From the NCBI GenBank assembly GCA_963575745.1, contig CAUYUJ010000063.1, positions 62,001-118,826 on the forward strand: a stretch of 56,826 nt of DNA. Reading direction: 5' to 3'. The stretch is from Prorocentrum cordatum (taxonomy: Eukaryota). Below the pieces are notes generated by a model. The model worked only from the letters and a program-made list of their open reading frames with translations, searched no databases and was not told where the DNA came from. Position 1 is the stretch's first letter. Every line of letters begins with the position of its first letter. Shown piece after piece: positions 48,696 through 56,826 of this stretch. The position numbers were made by a program, and so were the translations under genes.

Positions 48696-48724
48696 GCGCG
48701 CGCGAAGCGCGCGCGTGGTTCTAG
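48696..48724 (+). mobile_element. Helitron-type 3' terminus
   Basis: Hairpin gcgcgcgc-gaa-gcgcgcgc, 6 nt, then CTAG followed by T. Confidence 0.6.
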
Positions 48725-49069
48725 TATATGTATGTGTATATATTTGTATATATGTATATATATAGGCAATGCATTGTATACGCGTGTATGTGTATGTATC
48801 GCATGTGCAAACACCGTCTATATTTATGTATATATACAAGACTGCAATGGCGTTTCGCGCCATGCACCCTGGTCCTTGAAGTTTGGTATGCAGGCGGAAT
48901 GGCAGGAAGGCCAAGCCGACAATTTAGCGATGACTCCTTGTTGCCTTTTCCGGCACTGCCGTTATAATAATGTTCTTCGCGATATTTCCTCCACGATTCT
49001 CCTTCATTCTCGCCATACCTTGCGCATTCTCCCCATCCTCCGCGGCTCTTTTTGCGAAGGCTCCTCCTT

Positions 49070-49859
49070 GGAGAGCCTCTGGGGGCTTCACAACAGTTTT
49101 TCAAGTTTTCTTTAGGCCTCTGGAGGCCTCCTCGGCGTGTTCTGGGGGCCTCTGGGGGCTTCCTCGGGCCACCCTGCCTCCAACCGCGGTCTCCCTGAAC
49201 GACCGGGTCGCGATTTGGAATGCCTCGGAGGGCGTCTTGGGGCCATCTTGGGCCGCCATGGGGCTCTCTTAGGGTCATCTTGAGCCCCTGTTGTGCCGTT
49301 TTGGGGCTCTCTTGGACTGCCTGGAAACCCCCTCGGATGGTTGTGCGACGATATTGTTGCCGCCCAGGTGGCTTCGGACGCCCAGAAGACCGCCGTCTTG
49401 GAGCGTCGGGAAGCCGAAAAGAGGAGAACCCCCAAATTCACCAAAAACCAGCAGAAAATCAATGATGTTTACCTCTTGGGGCCTTCTTGCGAGTGCTCTT
49501 GGATGCCTCTTGGGACGTTTTGGATCGATCCTTGGGGGTATGACGGCTTCTTGGGGGTAGTCGTGGACTCAGGGGTCGTTTCTGGAGCGCGCCGGAATGC
49601 CTGGAACCTGTGTGGGGCCGTCTTCAGGCTCTCGTGAGGTTCTTCCGTGTCGTCTGAGGGGTTGCCCGGAGGCCCGTGGAGGGCCAAATTCGTTGGGGGG
49701 CGGGGGGGGAGCTTTTTTCCGGCGTCCCCAGCCTTATAAAGAATATATGAATTGGAAGGAGTGTGTATGTATATGTGTACATATGTTTATATACACATTG
49801 ATTACCATCCCTTTTACCTCACTGTGCCCCTCTCTCCATACATACATACATACATACAT

Positions 49860-49910
<51 letters not shown>

Positions 49911-49969
49911 TATATACATACATACACACACATACATACATACATACATACATACATACATACATACAT

Positions 49970-50058
<89 letters not shown>

Positions 50059-50105
50059 AAGACAGACAGACAGGCAGGCAGGCAGACAGACAGACAGACA
50101 GACCG
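49070..50105. repeat. CCAAGA-ladder (minus) followed by (CATA)n/(CAGA)n microsatellite
   Basis: Direct reading. Confidence 0.85.
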
Positions 50106-51647
50106 ACATATGTATATATGTGTACTGTTACGTTCGAGCGTGGCGCACTTGTTGGTCGATCTCTCGCATCGTCTCTTCTCTCTTGCTGCATCATGGCGCC
50201 CGCCGAGTTCTGCTGGGAGGGTGGGGGAGAACGGGGGAAGCAGCCACGCGCTGTCGGACACGGCAACACATGTTAGATGATGACAGTCTGCAGGGCGACG
50301 AGACGAATATGATGAGTAGGAGTAGGAGGGGAGCAGGAGGAGGAGGCAGAGGAGGAGGAGGAGGAGGAGGAGGAGGAGGAGGAGGAAAAGAAGGACGCGG
50401 AAAAGGAGAGGGAGCTTTGCAGCGAGAGGAGCAGGAGGAGTTGGACGAGAGTAAAGCCACGATGCGTAGGCGATGCTGTGATACACCCTCCTTTCCAGCG
50501 TTTCCTGCTCAAGTCTTGACAGGTATTCTCTTCTACTGCGGGAAGCGCGCCCCTTGGAGCAACGCTGGCCTGGCGCGCCTGCCACTCAGGCGAGAACCCG
50601 TTCTGGCGAGGATCCTGGGGGCACGATGAGAAAGATCCAGATGAAGTGTCCAGCGATAGCCCCGTTTTGACAGGGGATCTGCCTTCGATCCGTGTACGCG
50701 TGGCATAGTGGAAGGCTTCGGTCGTAACGTCGGTGGAGGGTTTCAAGCGACAGAACAGGTTTGGATTAAAAACATCCGCTTGGAAAGCTGGTGCGCAATT
50801 TGGAAATTAGGGTTATGCATGGCGTGGATAATTCTCAAGCGAGAGCTTCATTTTGAAAACCGCTGAATTAGCCTCCATCCTTGCAACTGATGGAGATGTT
50901 GAAATTGAGCGGGCGCGGTGACAGCGCGAGATCCGTTTTCTTAACCACTGTTTCCATCCTTGTGACTGTTGTTGTTTGTTGTGAAGACGAGGCGCAAGGG
51001 AGTCTCAAGCGAAACGTCATGCCCGACCAACGAACACGCTGGTGGTGCGAAATACAAGGAATGACTTATCAGGAAAGGGGATGCAGAGGGAGGAGGAGGA
51101 AGAGGATCAGCGTAGGAGGGACAGGAGGAGCTTCGCAGCGAGAGGAGTAGGAGGAGGAAGAGGTGCCGCAGGTCCAAACGGCAGAGCGAAACGCCCAACA
51201 CGGCGTGAGCACGTCTGCCCCAACACGTGACGCCCTACAGTGCGTGCGCAAATCCTCTTAGAGGAAGAGGAGGAAGAGGAGGAGGAAGAAAAACATGTGC
51301 ATCTTAGGCGGAAGCGGAGGACGAGGAGCTCCGGATCAAGGGGAGGAGCGTTGGACCAGGCAGCGGCGGCCAAAGATGTGCGGGAGCGCGGTGTCCCGAG
51401 GAAACGCGGCAGAAGGCGATCGACAAGGTGAAGGCGCATTCCGAGAGCCTCGTTGCCGCGCCTGGCGCGTCTGGCGTCAGTTTTCCAGTGCTTGTTATCA
51501 GTTTGTTCTTCCTCCTCCTCCTCCTCCTCCTCCTCCTCCTCCTCCTCCTCCTCCAGCTGCCATCTGGGCCTAAGAGATTGTCAGGGCAGCCCAGACCGCC
51601 ACCATGCCATTCCTCAGTTCGAGCTGACAGAAGGGGCGGCGACCCGC

Positions 51648-54158
51648 ATGATGGCGGCACTAACAGCATATCTCGCATTGCTTCTCTTCAACCCGCTCTC
51701 GGCAAAGCCCGACAGATTGGCGGAGATATACGAGGAGGCTCACAACTTCGACATTATCGTGCTGACGGGGATCTCCCGCAAAACACGTGACCCCACCATC
51801 ACGCAGCACCGTTGCGCCGACACCCGCTACTACGAGGCGGGCTGGCAGCCAGGCGACCTGACCAACCGCAGCACGGGCATCATCATAGCGCTCCAGGGTC
51901 GACCTCGAGGCGCCAAGGTGACATAACTACATGAGCCACCACAGGAACTCAGCGGACGTGGACTAGCGATCACCCTGCAGCACCATGACCAGACCATACT
52001 GATCATCGGATACTACAGCCCCCCGCAGCCCATCAAGGGCAAGACAACGCGAAAGGACTACTACGCGACGACTTGCCGCCTGTTCGCATGTATAGAAGAC
52101 GTGAGCCAACAGAAGAACCGCAACACGATGCTCATAGTGGAAGGCGACCTCAACGACGGAGTGGGCATCACAAACAAGGGCGACCGACCAGAGACGGCAA
52201 CACTCGGCGAAGGACGATCACCAGAACGACTACCAGGAGGCGCTGGACAGAGAACCCGAAACTACGCGGATCGCCACCAGCTCAGCATAGTGAGCACCAT
52301 TGGTAGTTGGAGGCCCACATACTTCGGCGAGAAGCACGCCAGCTGCATTGACTACATCATGATACCGCAGAGCATGAGAGAAACGATGATCTCACAAGGA
52401 CCCCTGCTACACATGGGAGCGCGCCTTCAACATATACGATGCCGAGCACGACGGGATCATGTCCCAGTTCACGTGACGTTTCGCCTACCACTACGACAAC
52501 GGGTACAACACCGACCACAGCCACCCAAGTGGGACAAGGATAGCTTGGCCCACGCAGTGCGACACGGACTTCACCGAGAAGAGTTCATCGAGCAAGTGGA
52601 GCAGGCCATGCAATATTACGATCCGGCGTGTGCATCAAGCCACACTGCGGAGGCCTCACTGGCGACCCGTACATGGCACGCAACCTCGTGGCCAGCTTCG
52701 CGCCCTGCATTCAGCGCTGGACTAAGGACTGCAACGAGGAGACCACGAACGACAAGCTACTATACGGCACGAGCGAACTATTCCAGCACCCCGTCTACGT
52801 TGGTCTGACCAAGTATGCGGACGACGTACGCAAACTCATCCTGAGCGGACGCAAGCAGACGCTCGCGTCCTCGTTGATCAGGCTCGCAAGATAGACGACA
52901 CCCTGAACGTACGCCTCACCGAGATCGGCCTCAAGCAGAACCAAGACAAGCAGGAGACGGTCGTTTACTTCCGGGGCTCGGGTGCCAGCTAGGCACATCA
53001 ACGACTCAAGCAGGACCCGCGGCGCAAGCTCCCTGGCAAGGTGGCGTCGGCAGCGAGGTACCTGGGCCCGCAGATCACCGCGACACAGCAGTATTACCCC
53101 GAGCTGCAGAAACGCATCCAGGCTATGAAGAAGAGTTACGACGAGTGCGGCAAGTTCTGGACCAAGCGTGAGATACCGTATAGGTGGAAGCGCGCCGTCC
53201 TCATATGCAGGGTCATCAACGCGGGACTCTCCTGCATCGAGTGCTACCTGCCAACGCCCAACGAGTAGCATATACTACAGAGCGCAATGGGGGCATGCTG
53301 AGGAGAGCGATGGCGGGCAAGGCGAGCACACATTACGAGGGCGGCGCCGTGCGCAGCATGACCACGCTGGAGGTTTTCCGCTACTGGCAGATCCTGCCGC
53401 CAGCGGAGGAAGCCCTGGTCCGAAGGCTTGGCTGGACCAAAAACATCCTCAGATTTCCGAACAATCACCGCCAACTTATCGTCGCCCTGTTCGGGCGCCT
53501 CGATTTCGAGACGAACGCCGACGAGGGCGCGAACGAGCTGACGACGTATACGAACCCCTGGGCCCGACGAATCGAGGAGGACGTCACGAAAGCCTGCCAA
53601 GTCCCGGAGAACTTCAGATCCATCTTCGGGGAGGAGGAGGTCAAGATAGGTAAGATGTTCACACTCGAAGTCAGAGAGCAACTACACCTACTAGACGTTC
53701 GGGAGGTCAGAGCGGCTAAACTGACAGTAGCAATCCCTCCACCAGGACAGGCCCCAAACGACGAGCTCAGAGAAGATTTGGCCCTCCAGTGCCTCCAGCC
53801 GTGGAAATGCTCTCTCGGGGGCAGTTTTGGGGATTGCGGACTCCTGTTCGCCAGCAAGAAGGCGTTGCACAGCCGCATCATCCGAAATCATCATGTACGC
53901 AATCTAGCCGCTCTGCTGACTACTAACAACGAGTGCATCAACTGCCACCAGTGTTTCACTAGCCGAGGAGCGAGAAGTTTGATTACAGGAAGCTGCAATT
54001 CAGTTAGGACACGAAATCAATGCCGGCCGACGAAACCCAGTGCGAAATGCCCTCTCTGCAGCCATCTCTTCTTAGACAAGGGCACGTTCTTTTCGCACCT
54101 GTGCTCTCACTTGCCAAGACAGCTACTCCGACCACGAGCACGGGATGGCGCTCTTTGA
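51648..54158 (+). pseudogene. LINE pol: APE endonuclease, partial reverse transcriptase, C2H2 zinc fingers
   Basis: LLFNPLS, DIIVLTG, GDLND, SCIDYIMIP, RDHVPV (APE); GGLTGDP, KYADD, GLKQNQDK, RYLG (RT); CPLCSHLF...HLCSH; stops and frameshifts, and the RT N-terminal half is missing near 52620. Confidence 0.88.
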
Positions 54159-54846
54159 CCAGCGCCCATCATGGGCGCCAGCGGCCCCGGCAGGAGGACC
54201 GACGCGCCCCGACCGCAGTCGCCAGCCGAGACGCCCCGCGGGAGGAGCACCAGCAGGAGGACCAGGAGGAGCAGCGGCGGCGCCCAACCTGCAGGTGGTC
54301 GACATCGCAGCGCGCCTCGCCCTGACGCTGGCGCGCGAACAAGCCGAGTTGGCGGCGGCCATCCTCCAGACGTGGGAGCTCAGCACTCAGAGCGACATCG
54401 CGCAGGCAGGCCTGACAGCAGGCCAGTCCTACAACGAAGCGGCGCAGGAGCTACGCCGCAGAGCAGGCGAAGGAGAACAAGTGGACACGGCATCGCTGGG
54501 CAGCCCCCGCATCCGCGCGTGGACCGAGGTGGTGAACTACATGGGCCGCGCCTTGGAGTCGGGCGCGGAGCGCGACTACTTGGAGAAGCACTACCAGGAC
54601 GCCATCTTGAATGGCAACGCGGAGACCGTGGCCGACAGCATCCCGATCTTCAGGGTGCGCAAGAACAAAGGCAAGGAGTGCGGCGCGAACGAGAAGTGCA
54701 CTTTCCAGTTCCAGGTGAAGTCTACGAACCCGCAGCTGGAGGCTATCCTCGCGCGGGTACTACGCAAGGAAGGAGCAGTCCGCAAAATCGGATCGGCACC
54801 GAGGGGAGCGCTGGAGCGGGAGCTAGGGCGCCTGATCAACGGATGA
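54145..54846 (+). CDS. Intact 233-aa ORF downstream of and overlapping LINE pol
   Basis: ATG lies 14 nt inside the pol 3' end; uninterrupted, GC3-rich, helical; ends GSAPRGALERELGRLING. Confidence 0.7.
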   Translation: MALFDQRPSWAPAAPAGGPTRPDRSRQPRRPAGGAPAGGPGGAAAAPNLQVVDIAARLALTLAREQAELAAAILQTWELSTQSDIAQAGLTAGQSYNEAAQELRRRAGEGEQVDTASLGSPRIRAWTEVVNYMGRALESGAERDYLEKHYQDAILNGNAETVADSIPIFRVRKNKGKECGANEKCTFQFQVKSTNPQLEAILARVLRKEGAVRKIGSAPRGALERELGRLING

Positions 54847-56826
54847 GCGACCCGACTCGTGAGGCAGAAGGCCATGAGCGAACCGTGCAGCTCTGTTCTG
54901 TGCCAGCCAGCGCCGTAGCCCAGGCAATCCCGAAGGCGTTCAGAGGCAGTGAACGTTTCAGCATGCTGGTAAGGGAAGGCCGCCCCCCCCTCCTACGTCG
55001 TCTGAGACTCCTGACCTTTTCCGACTCCGAGGCCCGAGCTTTCCCGAGCATTTTGTTGTGCACCGACCTCCCCCACCCCCCCACCCCCGAACCGAAGCGA
55101 AAGGGAAGGGGCAGAGGAGGCCAGGGCAGGGGAGTAGAGGAACCAGCGAGAGGGCATTCGTAAAAGCGGGTGCTACCCTGCCCGCGGACCCTTTGCGTGG
55201 GGTAGGTCGGTGCAGGTAGGGCCCGAGCATCTAGGTGATGCCAGCGACCCCCTTTCAGCAAAGTGATCTCAGCTAGGCCACCAGATTTTGTAATGCCGCA
55301 CTAACCCCGAGAGAGTGTAGCACCGAACTGGCCCGAGAGCTCGATCGATCGATCGATCCTCCTCCTCCTCCTCCTCCCCCTCCCCCTCCTCCTCCTTCTC
55401 CTCCTCCTCCTCCTCCTCCTCCTCCTCCTCCTCCTGTCCCTCCTCCCGCTTCCCCTCCGCCCCTCCCCTCCTCGCTGTCGCGCCTGTCGCGTGCTCCGTC
55501 TTGCTTCTCTCCCTCCCCCTCGCCACATAGAGAGAGAGGCTCGAGCCTCAAGCATCGAAGTTCGGACACTCTGAGGGCCCTCCCCGGCCTCTGGGAAGCC
55601 CTTCGTCGTCACGACTAGACTCCTTCGACGCCATGGGGATCGGTGGGCATCGAGGGACGTGGTTGCCGAGGGTTTCGGGGATTTGCCAGAACTTTGTGAG
55701 GGTCCCTGTCGCCACGGCGGAAGTCCCTTCGGAATCCGTGTCTCAGATTATGATGTTCCAACCTATTTTAGCCTTGACCACCAGAAAGAATTTCGAGCGC
55801 CAACAAAATACCGAAATTCATGGATTTTCGCGTGTCGGGCCCTGGGAGACACTCGTCCGACACTGTTTCGACACTTTTTCGGCACTTTTCCGGGTGCTCG
55901 AAATTATTTCTGGGATGTGGTCTTGAAGTACGATGGGAGCAACATACATCTCAGAGCGCATCCTACGAGAGGCCTAGAGGACGACATTTTCGAAGCACCA
56001 TCAAGAGAAGAAGGTACTGATGCAAAGGGGTTATGATATTCTTCGCCTCTCTCGGCCTTCTATGGACCAGCCTCTTCAGTCATTACCAACGCTCCCATCG
56101 CCTCGTTGCATCGTTTAGGCTGACCGTGCCGCTCGCAGGGCTGGTATCCATTGACTCAGAAACGTTGCGCAGCCATCTGCCTACAGGTAGAAGCGCGCGC
56201 GCGGCTGGCCTCCCTCCCTCGGCCGGATCATACACGCATATGCTTGTGCCTATCTCGCTGAGCGGACACACCCAAAGCCATGGCCGCCTCACCCCCATGC
56301 CCCCCTTGTCCCCTCCGATCCGAAGCTGCAGAAGGAATGCATCAGCGCAAACATCACGACCGGAGCCCCGCACCCCTATCTTCCTGCGTCATTGTCCGAG
56401 CCGGATCGATTTGCGAGGGCCTCTTGGGGCTCGAAGCCTGGCGGCCCCGCCCGTCGTGAAAATGCAGATGCAACGCCGAGATCTGCGGACCCCCCGCCCC
56501 CCGCTGGCCCGCGTCATGATCCCCCCCCGGGCCTCTGGCACGGCCCCCGCCCGGCCCCCAGCTCCACCGCATCCTGGCGGTGCCCCTGGCATCGCTCGGG
56601 CGTGCGCATCTCTGGGGGGCGAGGACCACCGAGGAGCATCCTGGACCAGCTTGCGAAAAAATGCACGCACGACACCGGCAAATGCACGGGGAACGGACGG
56701 ACGTCTGAGCGATGGCGAGCCCCCCCCCCTCGCGGGCGGGGGTTGGGCCTCCCTGCCCGCCTCGAGGGACACCCAGTCACCCTCCCCGCCTCCCCTGAGT
56801 GATCCGACGTAGGGGGGGGGGGGGGG

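Larger units (their letters stand above)
51554..55358 (+). mobile_element. LINE (APE-RT-C2H2 plus downstream ORF) flanked by (CCT)n
   Basis: Begins with SL-like cagctgccatctgggcctaag, ends in (GATC)n tail 55341-55358, with (CCT)n on both sides. Confidence 0.8.

Overview
This is eukaryotic, GC-rich, repeat-dense DNA that is almost certainly from a dinoflagellate: it carries genomic relics of the dinoflagellate spliced leader (DinoSL, CCGTAGCCATTTTGGCTCAAG) and a GC-AG intron. The CCAAGA-ladder repeats suggest Prorocentrum, but that is inference. Most ORFs in the supplied track are artefacts of microsatellites and GC-rich repeats. Real content: (1) a two-exon DUF3431-like secreted-protein gene (11365-12288 + 14943-15212) with an SL relic upstream and an intron bearing terminal inverted repeats, lying between two near-identical ~2-kb direct repeats. 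(2) The main finding, a ~17-kb multigene DNA transposon (29581-46604) with degenerate TIRs and a target-site duplication. It encodes a decayed CMC/Plavaka-like transposase, a ParB/Srx-like + SET-like protein, two AP2-like proteins and a divergent pair of GKGYDG-repeat proteins, and it carries a central array of four 27-bp palindromes. Three of its genes have SL relics just before the ATG. It split an RRM+OTU LINE-like ORF, which itself lies between a Helitron-like 5' ORF and a Helitron-type 3' end, and a TA-MITE sits in its right TIR. (3) A decayed APE-RT-C2H2 LINE with an intact downstream ORF (51554-55358). (4) MITEs, a 73-bp satellite and many microsatellites. All protein-family calls are by-eye motif recognition and need HMM or structure confirmation.
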